From the NCBI GenBank assembly GCA_051013385.1, contig CP143273.1, positions 1,696,001 through 1,760,000 on the forward strand: a DNA stretch of 64,000 nucleotides. The letters are read 5' to 3'. This DNA is from Phormidium sp. (GTDB taxonomy: Bacteria > Cyanobacteriota > Cyanobacteriia > Cyanobacteriales > Aerosakkonemataceae). Below the pieces are notes generated by a model, which was not told the DNA's origin, made no database searches, and saw only the letters and a list, made by a program, of their open reading frames with translations. This document shows positions 29,162 to 38,374 of the stretch, piece after piece. Position 1 is the first letter of the stretch; the number at the start of each line of letters is the position of its first letter. The position numbers and the translations under genes were made by a program.

Positions 29162-32100
29162 ATGGTTAAGAGCAAAACCGAGAGCCTTGAAATAGAGGGT
29201 GTATCTACTTTGAAGACAACTCAAGGACTTTTGGAAACAATTATTGACGATCTGCCTTTTCCGATCTGGGTTAAGGATAATTCGGGATGCTATTTATTAG
29301 TTAATTCGGCTGCTACACAAATTTTTCAAAAACCTAAAGAAGAAATTATCGGTAAAAATAGCTATCAAATATTTCCGGCTGAAGTAGCCACAAAACTGAG
29401 TCAAAAAGAGCAGCAAACAATTAATGATTATCAGCAGCAAATAATCCGAGAAACTTTTCAGGTAAAGGGAAGGGAAAAAAGTTATCTCACTACGATTAAA
29501 CCTTGGAACGACGAACAAGGAAATATTGTCGGAATAGTGGGAATTTCTCAAGAAGATCCTTTCGCAATTGAAAATAGTACTAATCTCCTGCATACAGTAA
29601 TCGAATCAATCCCAGAAACATTCTATGTTAAAGATATTCAAGGGCGGTATGTCTTAATTAATTCGGTGGGAGTTGCTAATATTGGCAAAACAGTCAGCGA
29701 TTTTATCGGCAAAGATGACACAGAAATATTTCCTTTAGAATTTGCTCGCCAACTGCAAGAGAACGATCGCCAGATCATGAATACAGGAGAACCACAAATT
29801 ATCGAAGAAACTGTCAATTATGGAAATCATCAGCAAGTTTTCTTATCACGCAAAAATGTTTGGCGAGACTCCCAAGGAAACATTATTGGTTTAGTTGGTT
29901 TTACTCAGGATATTACTACGCAAAAGCTCCAAGAAGTAGCCTTAAAACAACAAGCAAGAATTTTAGATCAATTATATGATTCAGTAGTTACTACCGATCT
30001 TAATGGCATAGTTACTCGTTGGAATAAAGCAGCAGAACGTCTCTATGGCTACAGTGCAACCGAAGCAATAGGTCAGTCAGTAACTTTTCTTTATCCACCA
30101 GAAGAACAGGAACATTTTGCCACAAAAATTATTCCCGCTTTGCAACAGCAAGGCGTTTATGAAGGAGAACTCAAAAGTTGTCGTAAGGGAGGAGAAATCC
30201 TTGACATTTTCATCAACATTTCTTGGGAAAACAACGAACAAGGAGAAGTTGTGGGAATGATTGGCTATGCGATCGATATTACCGAACGCAAACGCATCGA
30301 AGAAGAACGCCGCCGACAGGAAATAGCACTGCGGAAAAGTGAAGAACTTTCTCGCACATTAATAGAACATATTCCTAATGGTTCAGTATTTTTATTCGAT
30401 CGCGATCGTCGCTTTTTAATAGCAGGTGGTTCCGAACTGACAAAAGTTGGACTTTCCCCTGCTGATTTAGAAGGTAAATTTCCTCATGATATCTGGCCTC
30501 CCAATGAATATCAACTATTTGATAGATTTTCCCAAGCAGCTTTAGCAGGCCAAATGCTCAAAGATGAAATATCTTATTACAATACTGTTTACCTGGCACA
30601 AGCAGTACCAGTGAAAAACTCTTCAGGAGAAATTTTTGCTGGATTGCTAATTGTGCAAAACATTACTGAACGCAAACAAGCCGAATCAGCTATTGAAGAA
30701 TCAGCAAATCGGCTAGAACTTCTTAATAGAATTGCTGGACAAATTCGGGCTTCTCTAGATTTAGATACTATCTTAGAAACAGTAGTTACTAGTATCCGGG
30801 AATTATTTGAAATTGATGCTTGCACATTTGTCTGGTATGTAAGTGATAATTACCAGGCATCAGAACATGAAAATTTCTTCGGCTCTCTGAACAACTCAGG
30901 AACTAATAGTGGACAAACGGAAACCGCAGTTTGGCAAGCAGTTAAAGAAGCCAGAAATCCCAGTTTACCTAGTTTTCTTGGGATTTATACTGACTCATTA
31001 CTTCAACCAATTTCTGGGAAAAGTTTGCAACAAGAAATAATCATTGTAGATGATACAGAAGCAGTTAGCGATCCAACGTTAAAGCAACTGTTGGAATCCT
31101 TTAATTGTTTATCTCTTTTGACAGTTCCTTTTCAAACTAATGGCGGTAAAGTGGGGTTTTTAAGCTGTTCTCACCACAGTAGCAAAAGAGCTTGGAAAGA
31201 AACTGAAATCGAATTAATTTTGGGAATAGCCGATAATTTAGCGATCGCCATCTCCCAAGCCGAACTTTACCAGAATAGCCAAAACTCTGCCAAAATTGCC
31301 TCAGAAAGAGCCTTACAATTAGAAAAAGCATTACAAGACCTGCAACGCACCCAAACACAGTTAATTCAATCAGAAAAAATGTCCTCTCTCGGACAACTAG
31401 TAGCGGGAGTCGCACACGAAATTAATAACCCAGTTAGCTTTATTTATGGCAACATTAAACCAGCACAGGAATATATTTCTGATTTACTAGAATTGGTGGA
31501 ATTATATCAAACAGAATATCCGCAACCCACAGCAAAAATCCAGTCCCAAATTGAATTAATTGATTTAGACTTTTTAATGGAAGATGTGCCCAAAATTCTC
31601 GATTCCATGAAAGTAGGGGCGGAACGTATTAGAGAAATTGTGCTTTCCCTGCGGAATTTCTCCCGGATGGATGAAGCACAAATCAAAAATGTTTGTATTC
31701 ATGATGGAATTGATAGTACCTTAAGATTGCTGCAAAATCGTCTCAAAGCTAAACCCGAACATCCAGAAATTTTAGTAGTGAAAAACTATGGACAATTGCC
31801 TTTGGTGGAATGTTATGCAGGACAATTAAATCAGGTATTTATGAATTTGCTGACTAATGCGATCGATGCTTTAGAAGAACGGAATAAAAAGCGATCGCTA
31901 ACTGACATTAAAGCCCACCCCAGCCAAATTGAAATCACTACTAAATTAGTTGATTCAGGGCAAATCGCAATTACTTTTAAAGATAATGGCCCAGGAATGT
32001 CGCCAGAAATTCAAGCACGAATCTTTGACCCATTCTTTACTACTAAACCTGTGGGTCAAGGTACTGGTTTAGGATTAGCAATTAGTTATCAAGTAGTTGT

Positions 32101-32191
32101 GGAAAAACATTTGGGTAATTTGCGCTGTCATTCTGTATCGGGTGAAGGGACAAACTTTACTGTAGAAATCCCCATTAAGCAAAAACCTTAA
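29162..32191 (+). CDS. PAS/GAF sensor histidine kinase
   Basis: Four PAS-like domains, GAF (IRASLDLDTIL), AGVAHEINNP, NQVFMNLL, DPFFTTKPVGQGTGLGL. Confidence 0.92.
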   Translation: MVKSKTESLEIEGVSTLKTTQGLLETIIDDLPFPIWVKDNSGCYLLVNSAATQIFQKPKEEIIGKNSYQIFPAEVATKLSQKEQQTINDYQQQIIRETFQVKGREKSYLTTIKPWNDEQGNIVGIVGISQEDPFAIENSTNLLHTVIESIPETFYVKDIQGRYVLINSVGVANIGKTVSDFIGKDDTEIFPLEFARQLQENDRQIMNTGEPQIIEETVNYGNHQQVFLSRKNVWRDSQGNIIGLVGFTQDITTQKLQEVALKQQARILDQLYDSVVTTDLNGIVTRWNKAAERLYGYSATEAIGQSVTFLYPPEEQEHFATKIIPALQQQGVYEGELKSCRKGGEILDIFINISWENNEQGEVVGMIGYAIDITERKRIEEERRRQEIALRKSEELSRTLIEHIPNGSVFLFDRDRRFLIAGGSELTKVGLSPADLEGKFPHDIWPPNEYQLFDRFSQAALAGQMLKDEISYYNTVYLAQAVPVKNSSGEIFAGLLIVQNITERKQAESAIEESANRLELLNRIAGQIRASLDLDTILETVVTSIRELFEIDACTFVWYVSDNYQASEHENFFGSLNNSGTNSGQTETAVWQAVKEARNPSLPSFLGIYTDSLLQPISGKSLQQEIIIVDDTEAVSDPTLKQLLESFNCLSLLTVPFQTNGGKVGFLSCSHHSSKRAWKETEIELILGIADNLAIAISQAELYQNSQNSAKIASERALQLEKALQDLQRTQTQLIQSEKMSSLGQLVAGVAHEINNPVSFIYGNIKPAQEYISDLLELVELYQTEYPQPTAKIQSQIELIDLDFLMEDVPKILDSMKVGAERIREIVLSLRNFSRMDEAQIKNVCIHDGIDSTLRLLQNRLKAKPEHPEILVVKNYGQLPLVECYAGQLNQVFMNLLTNAIDALEERNKKRSLTDIKAHPSQIEITTKLVDSGQIAITFKDNGPGMSPEIQARIFDPFFTTKPVGQGTGLGLAISYQVVVEKHLGNLRCHSVSGEGTNFTVEIPIKQKP

Positions 32192-32390
32192 AAACCCTAG
32201 CAGGATAAATGACTAATTACACAAACAACTTTGACCGATCCGGAAAGATTTAGTTAAAATTATGTGATCTTTAGTTCTAACAAAATCTTTCTTTTATAAC
32301 TAATTGACTTCCCTAGTTTTTCCCGATCGCTTCCTAAATTGATAACTAACCAAAAAATACTATTCGGCAAAATATACTTAAATAAAAAAA

Positions 32391-32603
32391 ATGGAAGCGA
32401 TTCGGTTAAGAAAACTAGTTAACTTTTTACAAGAGGAGTTAAAAATTCCCGCTAACTCCCTTTCCCTAGCCCTGCGGCACTGCGAACAGTCTGCCACATC
32501 TTTACCCATGATACTTTGGCAGTATGGGTTAGTCAGTCTCAATCAATTAGAAAAAATCTTTGATTGGTTAGAAACAGCAGCAATTCCTGCGTCTTTGCAT
32601 TAG
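32391..32603 (+). CDS. DUF2949 family protein
   Basis: FLQEEL.IP...LALR....LPMILWQYGLV.L.QLEKIFDWLE. Confidence 0.85.
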   Translation: MEAIRLRKLVNFLQEELKIPANSLSLALRHCEQSATSLPMILWQYGLVSLNQLEKIFDWLETAAIPASLH

Positions 32604-32620
32604 TAAATTCTCAATTATTG

Positions 32621-32663
32621 ATATTGCTTTGAGATGGAGATAAAATCTCTTCTCAAAGTAATA
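32621..32663. terminator. Hairpin after the DUF2949 gene
   Basis: ATATTGCTTTGAGA...TCTCAAAGTAATAT imperfect inverted repeat. Confidence 0.45.
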
Positions 32664-32745
32664 TAAAATTAACAAAAAACTAAATCTATCTTAGGGAAGA
32701 TGTATTAAATAGTGATATGCTGCTGTGAGCAGAGTTAGATTCACT

Positions 32746-32982
32746 ATGAAAAAAGTATTTTGGAAAGTAGAAACTTGCCCCAAATGCACCTCTTTTGCGG
32801 TCAAAAGCTTAGATGAGTTTTGGGGATGTTTGAATTGTGCCGACTTGTCAGAAACCGCAATTAATAACTTTTTAGCTGGGAATTGTGCTTTTTGCGGCAA
32901 ACCGATAATTCCTCTTATGGATGCTTGCTTATGCTGCGGCAATCAGCCAAAGTATTTAAGTACAGCACTAAAAAATTATTAA
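32746..32982 (+). CDS. Small Cys-rich protein, probable double zinc ribbon
   Basis: Four CxxC pairs: CPKC, CLNC, CAFC, CLCC. Confidence 0.6.
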   Translation: MKKVFWKVETCPKCTSFAVKSLDEFWGCLNCADLSETAINNFLAGNCAFCGKPIIPLMDACLCCGNQPKYLSTALKNY

Positions 32983-33071
32983 TTCAGTTTATTGTCATTT
33001 GTCATTGGTCATTTGCCAAAGTATAGTATTAATTTGCTTAACTAATGACCAATGACCAACAACTAATGACT

Positions 33072-33479
33072 ATGCAAAAATTCACCACGCAACTAAGGGT
33101 AAGACATTATGAAATGGATGCTCTTGGTCATGTAAATAATGCAGTTTATCAACATTATTTGGAACAAGCTGCGATCGAACATTCGGAACATTTAGGTTTT
33201 ACAGTCGCCCGTTACCGAGAGTTAGGCGGTGTATTTGTAATGCGGCGAGTTGAAATTGATTATCTGCGTCCTGCTGCTTCCGGCGATATTTTAGAAATTA
33301 CCACTTGGGTAAAAGAAATACGGGGAACTCGCAGCAAAAGGCATTATGAAATCCGTCTTTTGGGGGAAGAAGATTTAGTCGTAAAAGCTGAAGCTTTATG
33401 GGTATGGGTGGATGCGGCAACTATGCGACCTCGACCCATTCCAGAGGAACTATTAACAGCATTTATGCAACAAGAGTAA
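33072..33479 (+). CDS. Acyl-CoA thioesterase (YbgC/4HBT hotdog fold)
   Basis: VRHYEMDALGHVNNAVY; the upstream in-frame ATG at 33045 lies in an AATGACC heptamer repeat. Confidence 0.88.
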   Translation: MQKFTTQLRVRHYEMDALGHVNNAVYQHYLEQAAIEHSEHLGFTVARYRELGGVFVMRRVEIDYLRPAASGDILEITTWVKEIRGTRSKRHYEIRLLGEEDLVVKAEALWVWVDAATMRPRPIPEELLTAFMQQE

Positions 33480-33489
33480 ACGTTTAGTT

Positions 33490-34017
33490 ATGCAGCAAAA
33501 TTTACCTACTGTGATTGAGGAAGTTTTCCGCAAAAACAACAGACCAGAAGCAGTATTTGCTGCTTTGTTACCTGCGTTGGGTGAGGTGTTAAAGTGCGAT
33601 CGCTTTTTCCTATATTTAAGAAATCCTCATACCCAAATTGGTAAAACCGCTTTCTGTTGGCGACGGAGTTCTGATTATCCTGATGCTACTACCTCAGATT
33701 GGCAAAAAGAACCTGAATCATTACCAGATGAAGACCCATTATTTGCCGCTGCATTGCATAATAAACCCTCGGTTTTTGTTGAAGATGTTGAGACAGCAAA
33801 CCCCACAATACTTAACAAAGATTTTGAACAGCAAAACTTCGGACATCGCGCCTTAATTCACGCTCATTTATGCCACAATAATTTATTGTGGGGAATTTTG
33901 CAACCTGCTATTTTCGGAAGACCAAGAACCTGGACTGAATTTGACCATTTGGTGATTGATGAAGTTACTAAAAAAATTACACCGATAGCTATTGATTATG
34001 TAAAATCTGAAATTTAG
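33490..34017 (+). CDS. Stand-alone GAF domain protein
   Basis: LGEVLKCDRFFLYLRNP, EDPLFAAAL, FGHRALIHAHL, PRTW. Confidence 0.8.
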   Translation: MQQNLPTVIEEVFRKNNRPEAVFAALLPALGEVLKCDRFFLYLRNPHTQIGKTAFCWRRSSDYPDATTSDWQKEPESLPDEDPLFAAALHNKPSVFVEDVETANPTILNKDFEQQNFGHRALIHAHLCHNNLLWGILQPAIFGRPRTWTEFDHLVIDEVTKKITPIAIDYVKSEI

Positions 34018-34049
34018 ATCCCCGACAACTTCTGCGAAGTCGGGGATCT
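34016..34049. repeat. Palindromic dispersed repeat (variant copy 2 of 4)
   Basis: AGATCCCCGAC-AACTTCTGCGAA-GTCGGGGATCT; overlaps the GAF gene stop codon. Confidence 0.85.
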
Positions 34050-34101
34050 ATTGATAGTGAAATCCGTTTGCGCTGTTCCCGAATCGTTCGTTGCCAACTT
34101 T

Positions 34102-34206
34102 TCGATCGCTTTTCCATTTTAGGCGATCGCTAATCGGAAAAAAGAGAGTGCGATCGCGTAGCGTGCCAAGATTGCGTATCGCGTAGCGTGTTCTCTTGCA
34201 TATCGC
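34102..34206. repeat. HIP1-module linker 1
   Basis: HIP1-like/TTTTCCATTTTAG/HIP1/TAATCGGAAAAAAGAGAGT/HIP1, plus two GTAGCGTG-containing inserts. Confidence 0.85.
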
Positions 34207-34289
34207 TCTTTTTTGTTAGTACTTAAAACACTGGTGACTAGCTCGCTCTCAGGTAAACTATAATTATGCAGAGTTTCTGGAGTCTGACA

Positions 34290-34502
34290 ATGAAAGCCTA
34301 TAACTTTGATGCCGTTCTGGAATTGGTGGAAGAAATGTCGGATGAAGAACAGAAGATTCTCATCGATTTGATCGGGCAAAGATTAAAGGAAAAACGGAGA
34401 GATGAGATCGCTCTCAATATTGTTAGTGCTGAAAAAGAGTATTTGAATGGACAAGTATTCCGAGGCACAGTAAATGATATAATGGCGGAATTAAAACGAT
34501 GA
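34290..34502 (+). CDS. Putative antitoxin (70 aa)
   Basis: Small acidic protein; ATGA overlap with the downstream RelE-like toxin. Confidence 0.75.
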   Translation: MKAYNFDAVLELVEEMSDEEQKILIDLIGQRLKEKRRDEIALNIVSAEKEYLNGQVFRGTVNDIMAELKR

Positions 34503-34783
34503 GAACTCTTGTCTTAGCATCTTCTTTCAAACGAGCTTTCAAATCGTTAATCCGCCAAAAACCTGAAATGGAGGAAAAAATAGCTGCGCGATTAGAACTA
34601 TTAGTAAACGATCCATTTGATCCGTCACTTAAGACTCATAAGCTGAAAGGTAAGCTATCTGGTGCATGGGCTTGTACTGTAGAGTACGACTGTCGAATAG
34701 TATTTAATTTCCAGAAATATTCAGATTCAGATATCGAAGAAATACTTTTAATTGATATTGGTAGCCATGACGAAGTTTATTGA
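34499..34783 (+). CDS. RelE/YafQ-family mRNA interferase toxin
   Basis: SSFKRAFK, DPFDPSLKTHKLKGKL, YDCRIVF, IGSHDEVY. Confidence 0.88.
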   Translation: MRTLVLASSFKRAFKSLIRQKPEMEEKIAARLELLVNDPFDPSLKTHKLKGKLSGAWACTVEYDCRIVFNFQKYSDSDIEEILLIDIGSHDEVY

Positions 34784-34854
34784 GTTCATCCTTTAAACAA
34801 AGGACGTAACTTTCTTCTCAATGAGGAGAATATAGAATTACTCTAAATCAATAA

Positions 34855-34961
34855 GCGATCGCACCTGAGAAAAATAAGAGTGCGTTCGCGTAGCGTGCCG
34901 TTAGGCATATCGCTGTTTCATTTTAGGCGATCGCTCATCTGAAAAAAGAGAGTGCGATCGC
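34855..34961. repeat. HIP1-module linker 2
   Basis: HIP1/ACCTGAGAAAAATAAGAGT/interrupted HIP1/TGTTTCATTTTAG/HIP1/TCATCTGAAAAAAGAGAGT/HIP1. Confidence 0.88.
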
Positions 34962-35002
34962 TTATCATAGAGATCGGATTAAACCTATTAACTCAATAGT
35001 CA

Positions 35003-35269
35003 ATGCAGATCACGGTTGAAATTCCTGATGAAATTGCTCAACGTCTAGACCAAAACTGGGGTACTCTCTCCCGTCGGCTCCTAGAAGTAATTGTTGCTGA
35101 TGCTTACAACTGTGGCAAAGTCAACACTGCGGAAGTGCGGCAAATACTTAATTTATCATCTCGCCTTGAAACTCACGCCTTTTTGAAGCGAATGGGTGTT
35201 TACCTGAACTATGACGAAGCAGAATTAGAACAAGATCTTCAAACTCTTCAGGAGTTTAGAGGAGAATGA
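35003..35269 (+). CDS. UPF0175-family antitoxin
   Basis: MQITVEIPDEIA...GKVNTAEVRQILNL.SRLETHAFLK..GVYLNY. Confidence 0.85.
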   Translation: MQITVEIPDEIAQRLDQNWGTLSRRLLEVIVADAYNCGKVNTAEVRQILNLSSRLETHAFLKRMGVYLNYDEAELEQDLQTLQEFRGE

Positions 35270-35736
35270 TTGTAGTTTCTGACACTTCTGGAATTTGTTA
35301 TTTGTTGCTAATAAACCAGATTGAAATATTACCAGTTTTGTACAACTTTGTCACCATTCCTCAAACTGTGGCTGATGAATTGAGTGCATCATCATCGCCA
35401 CCTATAGTAATAAACTGGATTACTAACCCTCCCGATTGGCTTCAGATACAAGTGAGCGAAATTGTTCCAACTATTGAACTGGAAAAACTCGATCCGGGCG
35501 AACGAGAGGCTATTTTACTTGCAGAACAACTGAAAGCAGATTTGGTGATTTTGGACGACAAAGCAGCAAGACGAATTGCAATGGAACGTGGATTAAGAAT
35601 TATTGGGCTTCTGGGTATTTTGAAAGACGCTGCTAGATCGGGATTACTGGATTTAGAAACAAGTTTTGCACAGTTGCGAGAGGTTGGTTTTTGGGTTGCA
35701 CCGAGTTTGCTGGAACAATTGTTGACAGAAGAGTAG
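35266..35736 (+). CDS. DUF3368 PIN-domain toxin
   Basis: MIVVSDTS, LDPGEREAI, LDDKAARR, IIGLLGIL; ATGA overlap with the antitoxin. Confidence 0.88.
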   Translation: MIVVSDTSGICYLLLINQIEILPVLYNFVTIPQTVADELSASSSPPIVINWITNPPDWLQIQVSEIVPTIELEKLDPGEREAILLAEQLKADLVILDDKAARRIAMERGLRIIGLLGILKDAARSGLLDLETSFAQLREVGFWVAPSLLEQLLTEE

Positions 35737-35752
35737 TTAAAAACTATAACTT

Positions 35753-35857
35753 GGGATCGCATTACAAAAAAAGAGCGATCGCACCTGAGAAAAAATCAAG
35801 TACAATCGCTTTTTCATTTCAGGCGATCGCTCATCTGAAAAAAGAGAGTGCGATCGC
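35753..35857. repeat. HIP1-module linker 3 (complete a-b-c-d form)
   Basis: HIP1-like/ATTACAAAAAAAGA/HIP1/ACCTGAGAAAAAATCAAGT/degenerate HIP1/TTTTTCATTTCAG/HIP1/TCATCTGAAAAAAGAGAGT/HIP1. Confidence 0.88.
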
Positions 35858-35884
35858 ATTTTCAAGTAAGCTATATAATGCCTA

Positions 35885-36250
35885 CTACAACTTGTCAATT
35901 GTCACCAAACCGCCTTCAGTAAACTGTACTACAAGTTCATGTTCCTCTAGCAAGGCAGTTCCCAGTAAAGGTCTTCGCCCTGTTGCAAGTACACTAACTT
36001 CCCGTTCTTCCCCATTCCAGATCACAACTGCTTCATGGACTGGCAATAAAACTTCACTGTTGTCTGCTAAGTTTGCCGGAAGATCGTAGATGAAAGGAAA
36101 CCTCAATAATGAAACTGCTTCTGGGGGCAAGCAAAGATGTCCTGTAAATCCTGTATCGATGACAAATTCAATCGATATAGTTGAGCCGTTAGACAGGAGA
36201 AATGTCAAAGTGACAGTCGCGTGTCTATCAGTCACGATACCTGAAATCAC
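35885..36250 (-). CDS. Clan AA (retropepsin-like) aspartic protease
   Basis: IDTGF catalytic motif, LADNSE, PLLG. Confidence 0.87.
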   Translation of the reverse strand: MISGIVTDRHATVTLTFLLSNGSTISIEFVIDTGFTGHLCLPPEAVSLLRFPFIYDLPANLADNSEVLLPVHEAVVIWNGEEREVSVLATGRRPLLGTALLEEHELVVQFTEGGLVTIDKL

Positions 36251-36519
36251 TTGGAAACACGCTCCATAACTCCACCGAATGATACAGCTACGTTGTATCC
36301 AATACGAATGCCGAAAAGACGAGCATTTGGATGTTTTTCGCCGAGTTTGCGGGCTGCTTTTAGCCCATTTTCATCTACTTCGTATTCTCCTGATTCAATG
36401 TCAATGATTGCCATCTTGCCTATGTTTTCATCCACTTCTACTTGTTGACGGATGCTGTTTTCGTACAGTTGTCTTGCACGTTTTGCCACTTCTTCACGAC
36501 TTAAAAGAATTACTTGCAT
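36247..36519 (-). CDS. Small partner of the aspartic protease (DUF5678-like, 90 aa)
   Basis: ATG 36519; GKMAIIDIESGEYEVD...LFGIRIG; 4-bp overlap with the protease start. The longer ORF-track version runs into the linker repeat. Confidence 0.75.
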   Translation of the reverse strand: MQVILLSREEVAKRARQLYENSIRQQVEVDENIGKMAIIDIESGEYEVDENGLKAARKLGEKHPNARLFGIRIGYNVAVSFGGVMERVSK

Positions 36520-36596
36520 AGTTTCGCGCTTCCCGATCGCTACTCTGATTTCTAGGAACTTCTTTGCTTTATGATATCTTACGGCTAAACTGAATG

Positions 36597-36700
36597 GCGA
36601 TCGCATTACAAAAAAGAACGATACACCTAACGGCACGCTACGCGATCGCACCTGAGAAAAATAAGAGTGCGATCGCCTTTGGCGCTGCGCTACGCGAACC
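36597..36700. repeat. HIP1-module linker 4
   Basis: HIP1/ATTACAAAAAAGA/insert+HIP1/ACCTGAGAAAAATAAGAGT/HIP1+insert. Confidence 0.85.
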
Positions 36701-36811
36701 CACAAATTGCTGATGAAACTAATGAATTATGGTTTTCTGTTGCTAGTATCTGGGAAAATCATCATTTTTGCATGGTAAAATTAACACATAGTTCCTTTAA
36801 AATAGCTATCA

Positions 36812-37123
36812 ATGGCAATAGTTAACTTAGAATATATAGAAGTAACCCCCGGTGTGTGTGGCGGCAGACCCCGAATTGTAGGACATCGAATTACAGTGGC
36901 AGATATAGCAGTAATGTATATAAAGATGGGGTATTCTCTCGAAGAAATAGCAGGTAAATATGACTTACCCCTAGCTTCAGTTTATGCAGCAATGGCTTAT
37001 TATTTCGAGCATCGGGAAGAAATCGATCGCCGATTGAGAGAAGACGCTGAATTTGTAGAAGTATTTAAACAACAACATCCATCTAAATTGCAAACTAAGT
37101 TACAAAAAATGAGAAATGAGTGA
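36812..37123 (+). CDS. DUF433 antitoxin
   Basis: TPGVCGGRPRIVGHRITV...VYAAMAYY. Confidence 0.9.
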   Translation: MAIVNLEYIEVTPGVCGGRPRIVGHRITVADIAVMYIKMGYSLEEIAGKYDLPLASVYAAMAYYFEHREEIDRRLREDAEFVEVFKQQHPSKLQTKLQKMRNE

Positions 37124-37451
37124 AAAAACTAAGTTTCATTTAAATGAAAGTGTCGATCCAGATATAGCAGTTGCGTTAATTAAGTATGGCATAGATGTAA
37201 CAACGGCAAAAACCGAAAATTTACTCGGTCAAAGTGATGAGGTACAGTTCGCCTTTTGTTGTCAACAACAGCGAGTGTTAATTACTCAAGATAGTGATTT
37301 TTTAATTATTGCTAGCCAAGATTTTCAGCATCCAGGTATAGTATATTATCAACCAGGAACTCGCTCTATAGGAGAAATTATTAGAGGGGTAATTCTAATT
37401 TATGAAGCTTTAAGTCCAGACGAAATGTATGGAAGCGTTGAATATATTTAA
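37116..37451 (+). CDS. DUF5615 PIN-like toxin
   Basis: HLNESV, GIDVTT, SDEVQ, LITQDSDF, HPGIV; overlaps the DUF433 gene. Confidence 0.85.
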   Translation: MSEKTKFHLNESVDPDIAVALIKYGIDVTTAKTENLLGQSDEVQFAFCCQQQRVLITQDSDFLIIASQDFQHPGIVYYQPGTRSIGEIIRGVILIYEALSPDEMYGSVEYI

Positions 37452-37455
37452 AACA

Positions 37456-37534
37456 GCGATCGCAATACAAAAAATAGCGATCGCTAATCTGAAAAAAGAG
37501 AGTGCGATCGCACTACCAAAAAAAGTGCGATCGC
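37456..37534. repeat. HIP1-module linker 5
   Basis: HIP1/AATACAAAAAATA/HIP1/TAATCTGAAAAAAGAGAGT/HIP1/ACTACCAAAAAAAGT/HIP1. Confidence 0.88.
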
Positions 37535-37628
37535 GCTATTTTTTGAATTTTGCACAAGACTTAGTATCCGATCCATATTCCAACGAGTCGTTTGGTAACA
37601 TAGAAAGTAACTGCTTTCTTTGTTTGCC

Positions 37629-37973
37629 ATGACCCTAAAAGAATTAGAGCCTCAACTGCTAGCACTCTCCGATCGGGAAAAAGCTCAAGTCGTTCAACTT
37701 CTATCTCAGGGCAAAATCACTCTAGGGCGTGGTATTGAAAAAACGCCTGGGGTTTGTGGTGGGAGTGCCTGTATTGCTGGAACGCGCATCACTGTTTGGG
37801 GACTTGTAGAAGCTCGTCGGATTGGATATAGTGAAGCCGATTTACTCACAAGCTATCCATCGCTATCTGCAACCGATATTGCAAATGCTTGGGCCTACGC
37901 TGAAGCTTTCCCGGAGGAAATTGAAACAGAAATCCGGGAAAATGATGAAGTGATGTATGAGGATTTGCAGTAG
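37629..37973 (+). CDS. DUF433 antitoxin
   Basis: KTPGVCGGSACIAGTRITVW...AWAYA; ATG 37629. Confidence 0.9.
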   Translation: MTLKELEPQLLALSDREKAQVVQLLSQGKITLGRGIEKTPGVCGGSACIAGTRITVWGLVEARRIGYSEADLLTSYPSLSATDIANAWAYAEAFPEEIETEIRENDEVMYEDLQ

Positions 37974-38321
37974 ATGGCGCGTCTGTATGCTGATGAGCAA
38001 TACCCCTATCCTGTTGTAGAATTCCTGCGAACTCTAGGACATGATGTTTTAACTGTTCAAGAAGCAGGTAAAGCAAATCAGGGAATTCCCGATCCAGATG
38101 TGTTAGCTTTTGCAACTAACGAGAAGCGTGCCGTCATTACCCAAAATCGTAAAGATTTTTTTCGGTTGCACCGCATACAGCCAGATCATGCTGGTATTAT
38201 CGCCTGTACGAACGACCGCGATTGGGAGGCGCTAGCTAACAGAATTCATGCTGCAATTACAGCAGAAGAACCTTTACAAGGCAAACTGATTCGCGTTGTG
38301 CGTCCTGCTGTGTCACTCTAA
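37974..38321 (+). CDS. DUF5615 PIN-like toxin
   Basis: LYADEQ, GHDVLTV, PDPDVL, TQNRKDF, HAGII; abuts the antitoxin stop codon. Confidence 0.88.
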   Translation: MARLYADEQYPYPVVEFLRTLGHDVLTVQEAGKANQGIPDPDVLAFATNEKRAVITQNRKDFFRLHRIQPDHAGIIACTNDRDWEALANRIHAAITAEEPLQGKLIRVVRPAVSL

Positions 38322-38342
38322 GATTTAGGTAATTACAAATAG

Positions 38343-38374
38343 GCGATCGCACTTTTTTTGGGTAATGCGATCGC
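38343..38374. repeat. HIP1-module linker 6 (module a inverted)
   Basis: HIP1/ACTTTTTTTGGGTAAT/HIP1; reverse complement ATTACCCAAAAAAAGT matches module a. Confidence 0.75.

Noticed and set aside
34784..34846. 20 open codons in frame after the RelE TGA, suggesting read-through
   Set aside because: The toxin already ends at the family-typical GSHDEVY C-terminus; a short open stretch is expected by chance
35691..37632. ORFs 35691-36089 and 37429-37632 (also 34119-34379) and the N-terminal extension of 36247-36705
   Set aside because: They read through HIP1 linkers, giving AIA/RSH/DR-type repeats, and overlap better-supported genes
34102..38374. Classical integron with attC sites
   Set aside because: No tyrosine recombinase in the window, and the linkers lack the RYYYAAC...GTTRRRY long-hairpin architecture; only the organisation is analogous
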